Position numbers and translations under genes: made by a program. The notes beneath the pieces were generated by a model. That model searched no databases and had not been told where the DNA came from. It saw only the letters and a list, made by a program, of their open reading frames with translations. DNA of 63,998 nt, the filler included, from Octopus bimaculoides (lineage: Eukaryota), in assembly GCF_001194135.2 (NCBI RefSeq). It is 4 parts of 4 records of this genome, joined end to end, with 100 filler letters (N's around TTAATTAATTAA, not from the genome) between each part and the next. Parts side by side here need not be neighbours in the genome. Positions count along the whole stretch, not along the records: positions 28,711 to 48,898 come from NC_068988.1; 3 more parts are not named here. One strand, written 5' to 3'. Shown one piece after another: positions 33,446-47,687 of the stretch (position 1 is the first letter of the stretch; each line of letters opens with the position of its first letter).

Positions 33446-34454
33446 AAGAAGAAGAAGAAGCAGTCATCATCTGGTTTGCTTTCATTTCTATCCACAATTC
33501 TGCTCACGAACTTGTGTGTTCACGCTGCAATTTCCGGCCGTCACGGCGTTTCTTCGCCCCATTTTATATGTCAGTCGCTTTCTTTCCTTACTTCTGAACA
33601 ACCAATGGGTGGAATGTGGTTTGAGTAATAAATGGGTAAACACTAACGTCCAAACAATCGAACAAATGCAAATAGATCTATTTGAACTATCTATGCCTTT
33701 ATTTAAACTGTTTCTCTCTCTCTCTCTTTTTCTCTTTCTCTCTTTCTCTCTTTCTCTCTCTTTCTCTCTCTCTCTCTTCCTCTCTCTTTCTGTCTATCTG
33801 GGGTTTTTTTCACTCTCCCTTCTGTTCACTTTCTCGTTCCCTCACTTATTCTGTCCCTCCTTTTCACTTGTTTCTGATTCGTAAGATTAACAATGAGCAT
33901 GACTTGAAAACAAAGCAAAAAGAAAAAAGAAAGAGAAAAGGAAGACAGACGAACCAACGAGAAAACCTCTACGCAAAGGCATTCGACCTTCAAATAGAAC
34001 AGTCAGACATATTCTGAAAGAAATCCGAACAAATGTTTAAGTGTTAAGAATGCTTGTTCCTATTTCGGCCATAACAACTGGCAACCTAAGCTACTTGAGA
34101 AGAACCTGCACAGAGTTGCACGAAATAGCAGCCTAATTTCCCTCAAATCACACTATACTGTCTTAAAATGAATGGACATAGTTGTAAAAAAAGTGAAGTG
34201 ACGTTCCTTCTCGAGTCATACAGACAAATAAGGCTGGTTTCCCGGTTTCCATGGCGTATAAATTCCCCACCTGGACGGGATGCCGGTCTGTCACCGGATT
34301 AATCATTTTTGCCAGCTGAGTGGATTGGAGCAAGGTGAAATGAAGTGTTTTGCTCAAGAATACAACGCGTTCCCGGTCCAGGAATCGAAATCACAATCTT
34401 ACGATCATGAGTCCAACATCCAAACCACTAAGCCATGCGCCTCCACGGACATAG

Positions 34455-34830
34455 CTGAAGATATACAAAATAATCGTCGTTGGCGGCGGCGGCAAGGACT
34501 CGTTTCTGAGTAACTAGTACATTTCAGTCTGGAGGCGGTCGGGGTCATTTATGCAGTCGGGGATGGTGGGCTTTCTGATGACTAAGTACAAAACGTGCTC
34601 TAAACAGCTTATTGCAAGAATCACATTGGGCTGTATGTGCTGGTTACGACGCTACAAAGACCACTTGAAAGAAATTCTGATGAGTACTGGTATAGACCAA
34701 AATTCCTGGGAAATGACAGCCAACCGTTTGGCGTAACTTGATCGAGACAGGAATATCCCGTTTCGAAGAAAACGGAAGAACGGATATCGGAATGAAAAGA
34801 TAACGTAAAAAAGACAGAGCATTCCAATCC
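34455..34830 (+). mobile_element. RTE-like LINE 3' remnant
   Basis: LRRYKDHLKEILMSTGIDQNSWEMTANR resembles the RTE tail RYKD-x-LK...ID-x3-WE-x2-A. Confidence 0.6.
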
Positions 34831-35297
34831 TAAAAGCAAAAATAGTACAAATGTGTAAAAGGACACATGATCTTGAGCTGAATCCAAATAGCAATAACAA
34901 CAACAATAGCAGTAGCAGCAGAAGCAGCAGCAGCAACTGGTACAGAATTATCCTGAGCTAAACTCTCTGAAATGCTGATTCCACAGTCTTGACTTCTGAC
35001 GTTCTCTGAAATAAGACCCTTTCGTGAGCTATTGCAGGAATCATATTGTCATATCTGCATTCAATATTTGGTTCTAGTTCACGATAACTTACATTAGGTC
35101 TTCGCTTATTCCTCAAACCGCATTTTACTTGTGCTTGTATGTGTATGTAATGCTTATATAATATACGCTACATACATATATATACGCACACACTATAATA
35201 GAATTAGTTGCATTAGCTGCAACAGGAAATGTCGAATGACACCATATAAAATGGTCAAGGAAAAGAATACGAAGTGGTAGATGTTTTATTAATAGTC

Positions 35298-35728
35298 TTT
35301 TCTATTATAGGTACAAGGCCTGAAATTTTGGGAGAAGGGACTAATCGATTACATCGATGCCAATGCTCAGCTCATACTTATTCTACTGACTCCGAAAGGC
35401 ACTATCGATCTCGGTGGAATTTGGACTTAGAACGTAAAACCGAAAAAAATGCCGTTAAGTATTTTGTCCGGCGTGCTAACGATTTAGCCAGCTCATCGCT
35501 TTAAAAACACTCAGTTTATATTGATTTAGAGTTTTGGCACAAGGCCAGCAATTTCAGAAATGTGTAAGTAGATTAAATCGACCCTAGTTGTCGATTGGTA
35601 CTTGTTTTATCGACCCCGAAAGAATGAAAGGTAAAGTCGATCTCAGCGGAATTTGAACGCGAAACATGAAGATGCACAAAATGCCGCTAAGTATTTTGCC
35701 CGGCGTGCTAACGATTCTGCCAGCTCGC
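35298..35728 (-). mobile_element. Two adjacent SINE A copies
   Basis: Both end in gtgctaacgatt..gccagctc. Confidence 0.7.
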
Positions 35729-37094
35729 TGCCCTACACTTCATTAATATTGCAGATTTTTTTTTTTCTCTAGCCAGAAAACCATTGTTCAATTCATGTCC
35801 AGTTGTTTTAATCAACTTTGCCTCTCTAAAATCGGATTTGGTATGAAATACTTACAATGATTCCTTAGCTATGCACGAAGCCTCACATTTATTGGGGGAG
35901 GGAGGTTCTAAGTCAACCATATCTTTCCGAAAAGAATTAGCGTTGTAAATAAAGAAATAGCTTTAATTGGAAATCGAAACTGGGTCGTAGTATTAAGCCG
36001 GTGAAGTGGAGGCGAAGGCTTATGTTTTCTCTAATACAGGAGACGATGTTATACTACTGAGGCATTGAATGTTGTTGTTTCGCCCGAAATTTTATTTTCG
36101 TGTTTCGCTCTCCTCCAAATATTTATTTTCCTTTTACAACTTTAAGAACTCCAGTTAATAGCTGACAGATTAGCGAAAATAAAGAAGGATGGTTAGTTGG
36201 GCTGGCTGAAACACAGTCCCTATACATTCTTCTCTTTTAACACCAACAATATTTTGACGGGAAGAGCGAACAATAAATAAACAAACTGAGCAATCGTCTG
36301 ACACAGCATTTGTGTCAATTTGGTGATGTTTTGTTTTTTATATTCACTATTGTGTTGTGGAAGGTTACTGACACAATATAAATAAGAAACTAATCTTAAA
36401 TCTAACCAAATACTTTCTTTACATTCTTTCATACCGCCATCTTTTTATCTAGTCATCCATCTTTTTATTTGATGAAGATAATTAAGAAAGAAAGAAAGAA
36501 AAAACGATTATGAACTGAGCTGCTTTTACCGCAAGCGAAAACTATTGGGTTGTTTCAGGAAATTAAAGTCCGACCCACCATTGTGTAGATGTTTCAATAA
36601 AATCGCTTACAAGGACGACTTTAAACTAAGCAAATTGAATAGCAAGAAGATATGTTAAAAATCGGAACATCTCCGAAACCAAGGTTCAATAGATAAAGGA
36701 ATTGGAACAAATATACCCAGCCATTCACTCATGAATTAAGGAAAAAAATGTAGGCCAAAACTTTTTTCTTCTTTTTTTGTTTTTAGATCATGTATATTGC
36801 ATAGTGGACCAAGTTCGTTTTCTATTACTTTTGCATAGCTATGAATATATACATTTACTTTAGCATGAATACATAGGACTATTAATCTGGTTGTCTGTGT
36901 TTCCAACTAAACCATACTTTGACCGCTATATAATTTCCGTTTATCTTCCCACGACTCTCTCAAACTAAAATGAAACCTATTACTTCAAAAATACTTCGTG
37001 CACTTCTAAATTGTGTTCCGCCACCGCCGCAACTTGCTTTTCCGTTTACGCTCTGCTTTTTATAATTTTGTGTGTGTGTGTGTGTGTGTTCCGA

Positions 37095-37570
37095 TAATTC
37101 AAGTTGTGGTTAAGATGCCTGCAATGCAACCGAATGGTTTCGGGTTCAGTCCCACCGCGCGGTAACGTGTGCAAATGCCTTCTATAGCTCCGGGCCAAGT
37201 GACACGTCGTAAGTGAATTTGGTAGACGGAAACTGTGTGGAAACTCGCTTTGTAGATAGATAGATAGATAGATAGATGGAGGAAGGGACGCGGGAGGGAG
37301 AGAGGGATGGAAGAATATGAACGAATGTTTATGTCTTTACGTTTGTCCTCCCAATGCTGGAAATCGGTGCTGGTTTGTTTACGTAGCCGTAACTAACTTA
37401 GAGGTTCAGCATACGAAACCAATACAATTAGTACCTGACTTTAAAAATGAGTAATGGTGGTGGTGGTGGTGGTGGTGAGAGGGGGTGAGGGGTGAGGATT
37501 TATTCGACTAAACACTTCAAGGCGATGCTTCAGCATGGCTGCTGCCGAATGACCGAAACAAGTAAAAGAC
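37095..37570 (+). mobile_element. Diverged SINE B with internal (GATA)n
   Basis: gggttcagtcccaccgcg..ggtagacggaaactg..aaggcgatgcttcagcatggc..gaaacaagtaaaaga. Confidence 0.65.
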
Positions 37571-39057
37571 ACATTAGTCACACCGCATTACTACACTTCT
37601 GTCTGTCTCTACATTTCAATGTCAACCGAACCTCAACCTGGTCTTGTAGAGAGTTTTAGTTTCTACTGCATCATCAAACGCTGGGCGTTTCAGTTTAAGG
37701 CATTGGCGTTATAAATGGTATTTTTTTTTTTCGAATACAGACAGAGATGGTGGAGGTGGGGCTGAAGTTGGAATGCGGGTGCTGGATCTATTAAAACCTG
37801 TTATCAAAGATGGTTGTAGACTATGCCATAAAAAAAAAAATGTTTTAGCAAATAAATCTTAATTTGGGGTTCACTAATCTATTTTATCGTTTTATTCTAA
37901 CGCTTTGACAAGGTGCCAATTAGGTTGAGTGGCGTTTGTGTGCGCGCGTGTGTATGTGTGTGAGTGAGTGCGTGCGCACCCGTATGTGCGCGTGCGCCAG
38001 GGCGTTGTTTCTTGTGTTTTATTATATTTGTAGAAATGAAAAGAAAAATATAAGTTGCGGCCATGATGTCGCTTTATTTTTTCCTCTCTCTTTTTGTCTT
38101 GCTTTTTTTTTTTGCTTGTTTTTGAGAAAAAAGAAAACCTAATCTTCGCCATCCATTACGTTATCATATATATCAAAATAGAACGTACTTGGTTTTTCAA
38201 TTTGTTCTCTCGAATTAAATCTATATTACGGTTTAAAGTGACAGCTAGCAAAAGAAAAGAACAATAATACCAACAACATCCTATATACAACCACCATCTC
38301 GCACAACAGCGTCGTCAACAACAACAACAACAACAACGACGACGATTATTGTTATAGGCACAAGGACACGCATTTGTGAGAGATGATAATCGATTATATC
38401 GATCCAAATGCTAGATCGGCATTTATTTTATCTACTTCGGAAAGATGAAAAGCACAGATGACCTCGGTTGAACTCAGAACGTAAAGGAATGTTGATAAAT
38501 ATCGCAACACTATACCAGATTCAGCAACTCGACAATTTTATCATCTACCTTTTTTCGCGGTTTCAGTTATTAGACTCGCTCTGAGTACATATAATTTTTC
38601 TTTAATNNNNNNNNNNNNNNNNNNNNNNNNNNNNNNNNNNNNNNNNNNNNNNNNNNNNNNNNNNNNNNNNNNNNNNNNNNNNNNNNNNNNNNNNNNNNNN
38701 NNNNNNNNNNNNNNNNNNNNNNNNNNNNNNNNNNNNNNNNNNNNNNNNNNNNNNNNNNNNNNNNNNNNNNNNNNNNNNNNNNNNNNNNNNNNNNNNNNNN
38801 NNNNNNNNNNNNNNNNNNNNNNNNNNNNNNNNNNNNNNNNNNNNNNNNNNNNNNNNNNNNNNNNNNNNNNNNNNNNNNNNNNNNNNNNNNNNNNNNNNNN
38901 NNNNNNNNNNNNNNNNNNNNNNNNNNNNNNNNNNNNNNNNNNNNNNNNNNNNNNNNNNNNNNNNNNNNNNNNNNNNNNNNNNNNNNNNNNNNNNNNNNNN
39001 NNNNNNNNNNNNNNNNNNNNNNNNNNNNNNNNNNNNNNNNNNNNNNNNNNNNNNNNN

Positions 39058-39100
<43 letters not shown>

Positions 39101-39528
39101 TAGAGAACCTTCCACAAAGTCTCCGTCTGCAAAATCCACTCGCAAAGTATTAGTCAGGCCAGGTCTATAATAGAAGAAACTTGCCCAAGATGCCGCCCAA
39201 TGGGACCGAACTCGAAACTACGTGATTGCAAAACAAACTTCTTAACCACACCATGCCAACATTCTTAATACGATCGCATTATGCGATGGGTTGGGCGTTA
39301 TTAGATTGTCTGTATATTTGAATGATATACTTCATTTCATCGATGTCTCACAAGAATGAGAGGTAAATGTAGACTTCGGCACGATTCGAAATCAGAATAT
39401 ACAGGGCTAACTAAGTACCTCAATGTATTTAGCCAGAGTTTCTACTGACTTTTGCCATCTCGTGATAAATTTTAACTTGAGTACAAAGGCATGTACGCGA
39501 GAGAAATAATATAGACTACGGATACTAA

Positions 39529-40460
39529 GGCAGCGAGCTGGCAGAAGCGTTAACACACCCGGCAAAATACTTAGCGGTATTTCACCTGGCTTTACGTTCT
39601 TAGTCCAAATGCCGCCAAGGTCGACTTTGCCTTATAACTTTTCGGAGTCCGTAAAATAGGTACGAGTTGAGTCCCGAGGTCATAGCCTTGTGCCAAAAAT
39701 TTGAAATCAATAATGATTCATCTCTGTGATACAAATGGTAAATTCAACCTCAGAGTGAATTGAACTCAGAACTTAAAAGAACATCACCGACTTCAAATTT
39801 CTCTCGGTTAAACATTGCCACATTCAGCCATGAGTAACTTTGTCTTTCTTCTCTTAGAAATCAGTAATGATTTTTTTATTTTTATACGGGGTCAAAACAG
39901 CACAATTAGTGGGTGTATAAGTGGTTGAATTAACCCCAAATTTACACTTGGGTCATACTCATTTTATTTAAGCTTAGAAGTCTGAAAGTCATTGCTCATT
40001 ACAAGATGTGAACTCAAAATAAAGAGATGGGTGACTAAATGTCTGAAGTGACATTTTGTTAGGCGCTCTACTATTTCCGGCATTCCGTTATTTCGTCGTT
40101 TGTCACGAGGTTAACAAGTACGTTAGTTATTACAAAATAATACATAGCATTGTTAACACAAAAACCCAACAAAAGTACTGTGTGTTAAGATGTAAAGTTT
40201 GCATTCGCTATTTAACGACATCAGGGCGGCAAGCTGGCAGAATCGTTGGCACGCCGGATTGAAATGCATAGCAGCATTTCGACCGTCTTTATTTTCTGAG
40301 CTCAAATTCCTGCGAGGTCGACTTTGCCTTTCACTCTTTCGATGTCGATGAAATAAAGTACCAGTTGAGCAGTTAAGCGCTGGCGTCAATATGATCAATA
40401 TGATCAACAAGCCTCCTCCCCAAAAATTTCAGGCCTTGTGCCCAAATTAGGAAAGGTTAT
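39529..40460 (+). mobile_element. Two separate SINE A copies (39529-39712 and 40224-40460)
   Basis: Heads gcgagctggcagaagcgtt and gcaagctggcagaatcgtt, with gtcgactttgcctt bodies. Confidence 0.7.
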
Positions 40461-40647
40461 TAATGGGGAATACAAATAAACTCTTGCTGGTTTTGAACTC
40501 AGAGTGTCAAGGGAGGTAATCAGATATCGCAATGGGTTTTTGTTCCGAGCTTTATTCAATCTGTCATCGATAGCTGTTCGAAAGAGCTGATTCATTGACT
40601 AGTCTTGGATCATGCCATTGTCGCTTGTCAGGTTTCTCGCATGCTCC

Positions 40648-40724
40648 AGAGATATAGTCTTACAGCTGTTTCTGCTGCAGGGATATCCATAATATCCCAG
40701 AAACAACTGTAAGACTATATTTCT
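40648..40724. other. ~77-nt hairpin (27-bp stem, pre-miRNA-sized)
   Basis: atatagtcttacagctgtttctg (40652-40674) versus cagaaacaactgtaagactatat (40698-40720) with one mismatch; inner ggatat/atatcc stem. Confidence 0.6.
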
Positions 40725-40892
40725 TTCCTTATAAATGGCCTGAAAACTCCTCACAGTCTTGGCTTTGTTATCTGTTCTTGTCTAATGTGTATGTATATAG
40801 TTGTGTATACATACTTCATCATAGACGTGATCAAGTATGTATTGGCGGCCATTATGCCTATTGTGTACTAAACATAAGATGTNNNNNNNNNN

Positions 40893-40929
<37 letters not shown>

Positions 40930-41414
40930 AGAGAGATAGAGGAAAAGGTGTAGTTGCTTATTTATATATATTAGTATATAGACGTGTCTCAGTGTGTGTG
41001 TGTGTGTGTGTGTGTGTGCGCATGCGTGCGTGGGTGTATGTATATAGTTGTGTATACATACTTCATCATAGACGTGATCAAGTATGTATTGGCGGCCATT
41101 ATGCCTATTGTGTACTAAACATAAGATGTGTGTTTGTTGTATTTTCCCCCCTTAAACATGTGTCAAAGTTGGAAACCTATTGAGAATTAGTGTAATTTTT
41201 ATTTATCTTATTTCCGTTGGTAATTTATTTTATTTCTAATTTCCCCCGCTTGCTTTTATTGAATTCACAGATTTAGTCGTCATCTCTTTTCAGCGAACAT
41301 TGATGAAAAAGTGTTTTAAGCAGATAATACATAACTAACTCAACAACTAAGAGTATAATATTATTGGCAATACATGTGTGTTTATATATAGAAATGTATG
41401 TGTGTATACATATC

Positions 41415-41485
<71 letters not shown>

Positions 41486-41664
41486 ATACCTATATGTGTT
41501 TGTGATATATATATAAATATACATATATATACAGAGAGAGAGAGTCATAGATAGGTAGATAGATAGATAAATATGCTATGCATATATGTGTATAGGCATA
41601 TATATATATATACATATGTATGTGTGTGTATATATATATAAGCATATATGTGTGTGTGTGCATA

Positions 41665-41703
<39 letters not shown>

Positions 41704-43311
41704 NNNNNNNNNNNNNNNNNNNNNNNNNNNNNNNNNNNNNNNNNNNNNNNNNNNNNNNNNNNNNNNNNNNNNNNNNNNNNNNNNNNNNNNNNNNNNNNNN
41801 NNNNNNNNNNNNNNNNNNNNNNNNNNNNNNNNNNNNNNNNNNNNNNNNNNNNNNNNNNNNNNNNNNNNNNNNNNNNNNNNNNNNNNNNNNNNNNNNNNNN
41901 NNNNNNNNNNNNNNNNNNNNNNNNNNNNNNNNNNNNNNNNNNNNNNNNNNNNNNNNNNNNNNNNNNNNNNNNNNNNNNNNNNNNNNNNNNNNNNNNNNNN
42001 NNNNNNNNNNNNNNNNNNNNNNNNNNNNNNNNNNNNNNNNNNNNNNNNNNNNNNNNNNNNNNNNNNNNNNNNNNNNNNNNNNNNNNNNNNNNNNNNNNNN
42101 NNNNNNNNNNNNNNNNNNNNNNNNNNNNNNNNNNNNNNNNNNNNNNNNNNNNNNNNNNNNNNNNNNNNNNNNNNNNNNNNNNNNNNNNNNNNNNNNNNNN
42201 NNNNNNNNNNNNNNNNNNNNNNNNNNNNNNNNNNNNNNNNNNNNNNNNNNNNNNNNNNNNNNNNNNNNNNNNNNNNNNNNNNNNNNNNNNNNNNNNNNNN
42301 NNNNNNNNNNNNNNNNNNNNNNNNNNNNNNNNNNNNNNNNNNNNNNNNNNNNNNNNNNNNNNNNNNNNNNNNNNNNNNNNNNNNNNNNNNCTATCAGAAG
42401 TACTCGATTACAAACGTTGAGCTCAACAGTATATTTAGTCCGGTTCATTGGCTTCTTGCTTTCGAATTTCCATAACGTGCCTCCGCTACTTCAAACGATC
42501 CGTAATTGTGCTTACATTCCACTTGTATGAAGACGTGGTTATACGTCATGTCGCTTCCCGAGTGAAAAGTGCTGCTGGACCAGCCTAGAAAACTGTGTGG
42601 TGAGGTGGGGGGGGGGGATGTGGTCTCTGTGTGTCTTTGTGAAAATTAATAATTATTTTAGGGAGTATGTTTATTTTTCCAGGGCTTTACTGCGTAATTG
42701 AATATTGTATGACATAGTTGTCTATAATTACTGACTTCAATATAATTAGTGACATTTAACTTACAAATAAATACACATCCACACATGCATGTAGGAACGT
42801 AAACAACAGTCGCCTGTGACTAACGAAACAATGGCAACAGGTGGACATTTTTTTTAAATTTTTTCTTTCAGCATAATACTTAACATCACCTCTGATAGTA
42901 GTTTTATGTTGTTTTATTTTTCTATATGTACAAAACCAACGAGCATTGTTTGAATAAAAGACAATGCATGAGAAAAGTTAAATACTTGTTTAAAACATTG
43001 CATAATGAAATATGTATGTATGGACGCTTGTATGTATATGTATGTTTATAGGCATGCGTATGAATACGTTTAACGTACACATACATACATACAAACATAC
43101 ATATATACATACGTACATACAAAAATGCATACATGCATGCATACGTATGTACATGCATGCATACATACATACATACATGCATAAACATAGACTAAACCCG
43201 TCTATTCTTTGTCTCTCTCCCTCTCTCTCTATTCTTTTTCCGTTCTCTATCTCACTTTCTCTCTCTCTCTCTCCCCAGATGTCAAGCAGTTGAGATTCAT
43301 TCTACTTGTCA

Positions 43312-43366
<55 letters not shown>

Positions 43367-45362
43367 TGCATGCAACCATACATACATAGGTATATATATG
43401 TGTGTGTATATATATATATATATANNNNNNNNNNNNNNNNNNNNNNNNNNNNNNNNNNNNNNNNNNNNNNNNNNNNNNNNNNNNNNNNNNNNNNNNNNNN
43501 NNNNNNNNNNNNNNNNNNNNNNNNNNNNNNNNNNNNNNNNNNNNNNNNNNNNNNNNNNNNNNNNNNNNNNNNNNNNNNNNNNNNNNNNNNNNNNNNNNNN
43601 NNNNNNNNNNNNNNNNNNNNNNNNNNNNNNNNNNNNNNNNNNNNNNNNNNNNNNNNNNNNNNNNNNNNNNNNNNNNNNNNNNNNNNNNNNNNNNNNNNNN
43701 NNNNNNNNNNNNNNNNNNNNNNNNNNNNNNNNNNNNNNNNNNNNNNNNNNNNNNNNNNNNNNNNNNNNNNNNNNNNNNNNNNNNNNNNNNNNNNNNNNNN
43801 NNNNNNNNNNNNNNNNNNNNATGCATGAGTGTGTTTGTATGTGTGTGAGTATGTATTATGTACGAGTATGTATTATGTACGAGTGTATGTACGAGTGTAT
43901 TATGTATGTATGTACGAGTGTATTATATACGAGTGTGCGTACGAGTATGTATTATGTACGAGTGTGTGTATGAGTGTGTTTGTGTATGTATGTGTGTGTT
44001 TGTAGCTATGTACGTAGATATGTGTATGTACGTGTATGTATGTATGTACGTGCATATGTATGTAGGCATTATGTATGTAGGTAGGTATATATGTATGTGT
44101 GCATGTATGTATGTATGTATGCATGCGTCTATGTATGTGTGCGTGTATATATGCATGCATGTACGTATGTTTGCTTATATGTATGTATGTATGTATGTAT
44201 GATGTTTAGAAGAGCTAAATGTCTTGACAATGTAATAAAAGATATACGAACCTTTACTGTAAGTTAGTTTGTATTTTGATATATTGGCAAATATCAAAAT
44301 ACCTCGGTAACCTACAAACGATTGAAACCCAGCATAGGCTCCTTTACATTACTTCTTCAGCATCCAAATACACATACATACATACATACATACATACATA
44401 CATACATACATAGGGGGTGGTCAGAGGTGTGTAGCTTCGTGGTTAAGGGCGTTGCACTCATATTGAGCGTAAGATTGTGGTTTGGATTCCTGAACCGGGA
44501 AATGCGGTGTATTCTTGAGCAAAAGACTTCATTCCACGTTACTCTTACTCAAACAGCTGGCAAAAGTGAGTAATCTTGCGGCGGGCTAGCGTCTCGTCCA
44601 GGAGGTGGAAAATTATACACGCCACAGATTCTAGATAGCAGGTTTTATGAATCTATGGCTTGGGAAGGACCTGTCATCCATTTTTGGATACATACATACA
44701 TACATACATACATGGTGATGATGATGATAGCCGTCCACTCGTGACCGAGGAAGACCATTGCCGACCTTCAGGAACATTGTGCGCTCTAGGGCTAACTTAT
44801 ATTTTGCAAACATTGCAGACCAAGCTTTCCCCATTCACTATACATACATACATACATACAATTATACCTACATGCATAAAGTTTTCTCCTACTTTTTTGA
44901 CTGCATAGTCTTTGATCAGATCCTCAAAATTAATCTTACATAACACATATGCTTCTATACTTAGTAGAGATAAAGCATCCTGAATATTAATTTAACAAAT
45001 TTTAGGTGATGTCTTTTGTGCCTTAAACCAATAACAATTTCTGTAGAACCTTCTCCATTTCCCTCATGCCCTATTCATGTGCTTATTTTGCTTAATGGTT
45101 AATCCAGCACTGCTTGTAAGTAAGCTTTAAGCTACTTCCTTCTTTTAGAAGACGAACACGAGAAGATGCTTTTGATGAGAAGACAACAACCGTCAGTGAA
45201 AACTAATCCAGTGATCAAGTTATTCTCAAGCAATCAATCCGTAACATTTCGTATTTCTCCAATGCAGGAAACGTAGGACTATATTATACAATGAATCGAG
45301 TAACCATGTAGAGGCACCCCCTTTGGGTCAAACTGTTTACTGAGTGTTATTTTCCAGAGAGT

Positions 45363-46062
45363 AATATTGGTTTCATATTTTGGCACAGAGCCTGAAAGTT
45401 TATGAGCAAGGAGTAAGTCGATCGCATTGACCACAGTACTCAACAGGTATTTATTTTCTCGACCCCTGAAAGATGAAAGACAAAATCGGCCTCGGCGGAA
45501 TTTGAACTCAGTACGTAAAGACGGGCGAAATGCCGCTAAGCATTTTGCCCGGCATGCCAACAGTTCTGCCAATTCCACGCCTCGAATATTTAAAAAAAAA
45601 AAAGAAAAAAATTAAAGCGGCTATCTGATAGAATCGTTAACATGCCGGGCGAAATGCTTATCGATAATTCATTCATCTTTAAGTTCTGAGTTCAAATTCC
45701 GCCGGGGTCGACTTTGCCTTTTATCCTTTTGGAGTCAATAAATTAAGTACCGGTGTAACACTGGGGTCAATGTAATCGACTTACTCTCTCCCGCAAAATT
45801 TCAGGCCTTGTGCTTGTAGTAAAAAGGAATGTTAAAAGAAAAAAAAAACATTAAAGCGGTGATCTGGCAAAATCGTTAACATACCGGGCAACATGCTTAG
45901 CGGTATTTCGTCCGTCTTTAAGTTCAAATTCCGCCGAGGTCGACTTTGCTTTTCATCGTTTCGGGGTCGATAAAATAAGTACTAGTTAACTACTAGGGTC
46001 GATGAAATCGTCTTACCTCCTCCCCAAAATTGCTGGCCTTGTACCAAAACTTGAAATCAATA
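45363..46062. mobile_element. SINE A cluster: 45363-45580(-), 45615-45830(+), 45855-46062(+)
   Basis: Three copies of the gagttcaaattccgccg(a/g)ggtcgact core or its complement. Confidence 0.8.
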
Positions 46063-46466
46063 TTTAAAAAATCAATGCCGAATTACAGAAAACACAAAGT
46101 AATAGGAGTAGGTGTGTGTGAATATAACAGTGAGATGTTTTATATATATTGCAATGGAAATGACCTTCAGTATTCAGTACGTTTTTATGGTACTTGATAC
46201 TACATATACTACGAGGCAGGCTGACCTGGCTGTCCAAGCCAGAAGTAACGAAATGTTTGTAAGTGTAGTCGTCATATTATTATATCGCGTGCGCAAGCGT
46301 GTGTGTGTGTGTCTGCGATTGAGCGCATGAGAGACACAGAAAGATAAGCAATCTGTTTTGTTTTGTTTTTTTTCACACGGATTTATGTATCAAATGAGTC
46401 ATAAAACGTTTCTTTATAATTGTCATGTTAAATCGTTCTCCAAATTAGGAAATTATACATACAATA

Positions 46467-46638
46467 GGCGCAGGAGTGGCTGTGCAGTGTGTTGAGAAGC
46501 TAACTTCTCAACCACATGATTCCGGGTTCAGTGCCATTGCGTGACCCCTTGCGCAAATGTCTTCTACTATAGCCTTGAGCCGTCAAGCTTTATGTGTAGA
46601 TTCTGTAGATGGAATCTGAAAGAAGCCCTTCCTGTATA

Positions 46639-46673
<35 letters not shown>

Positions 46674-46825
46674 CCGCTGCTTGAAAACCGGTGTTGGTGT
46701 GTTTACGCTAGAGAATAAGTTCCAGGCTGTAAAAAGAATATTTACCAAGGGTCGATTCATTCGACTAAAATTCTTCAGGGAGGTGCTCCAGCATGACACC
46801 GCAGTCTAATGACTGAGACATGTAA
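46467..46825 (+). mobile_element. SINE B
   Basis: Head ggcgcaggagtggctgtg, internal (TG)n, 3' gtgctccagcatgac. Confidence 0.75.
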
Positions 46826-47013
46826 ATATTATATAACACGCTCGCGCACACGTACAAATTCACACCCAAACACAAACACGTGGCTTTTTAACAATTCGAC
46901 CAGGCGTTTATTTCGAATTGTCAGAAGATATTCTGGAGATTTATCTAGTCGAAATTATTTGTTTCTCTTGACTGTTACCACCTACAAAAATGTCTTTATT
47001 TTTATTAATATTA

Positions 47014-47687
47014 GGATCTTGTTCAAAACGGGGGCACCAGTTTTCATTTATGTTTTATGTAGTGTTTTTGGTGCCGAAAGACTTTCAAACTTCGTATACT
47101 TATCTATTTTGTGTTATAGAACAGAAAAAAAATTTTGTATTCGAATTTATTTCATGTAAAAATTTGTCTTATTTCGATAATTTCTACTAATCACTGACGT
47201 CTATTCAGTTGAAAACAGTTAGCGCTGTAACGGTGTATATCGTATTAATCCCCTAACCCTAACTAGACTGTTAACCCTAACCCTAAAACTAACCCTAACT
47301 CTAGAATCTGAACTCTAAAATTGTTACACACATAGATACGCACNNNNNNNNNNNNNNNNNNNNNNNNNNNNNNNNNNNNNNNNNNNNNNNNNNNNNNNNN
47401 NNNNNNNNNNNNNNNNNNNNNNNNNNNNNNNNNNNNNNNNNNNNNNNNNNNNNNNNNNNNNNNNNNNNNNNNNNNNNNNNNNNNNNNNNNNNNNGTCAGT
47501 GATTGGTTGAAATTACAGAAATACGACAACTTTAACATGAAATAACTTGCGATGTAGGTTTTTTTGTTAAGAAGACTAAGAGTAAAAGATGTTTTATATG
47601 ACACATTCTACAAGTGTCCCAAGTTTCAAAGTGTTTCGTTAGTGTTTCGTTAAGAAAATACTGGTGCCCCCGTTTTGAACAAGATCC
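47014..47687. mobile_element. Non-autonomous TIR element with perfect 28-bp TIRs, possible 8-bp TSD TAATATTA, and CCCTAA-repeat core
   Basis: 47006-47041 is the exact reverse complement of 47660-47695. Inner diverged inverted repeats at 47147-47198 and 47495-47545. ccctaa repeats at 47251-47305. Confidence 0.8.

Noticed and set aside
40786-41128. ~97-bp direct duplication on both sides of a 10-N gap
   Set aside because: Most likely unmerged overlapping contig ends rather than biology; long reads would settle it.
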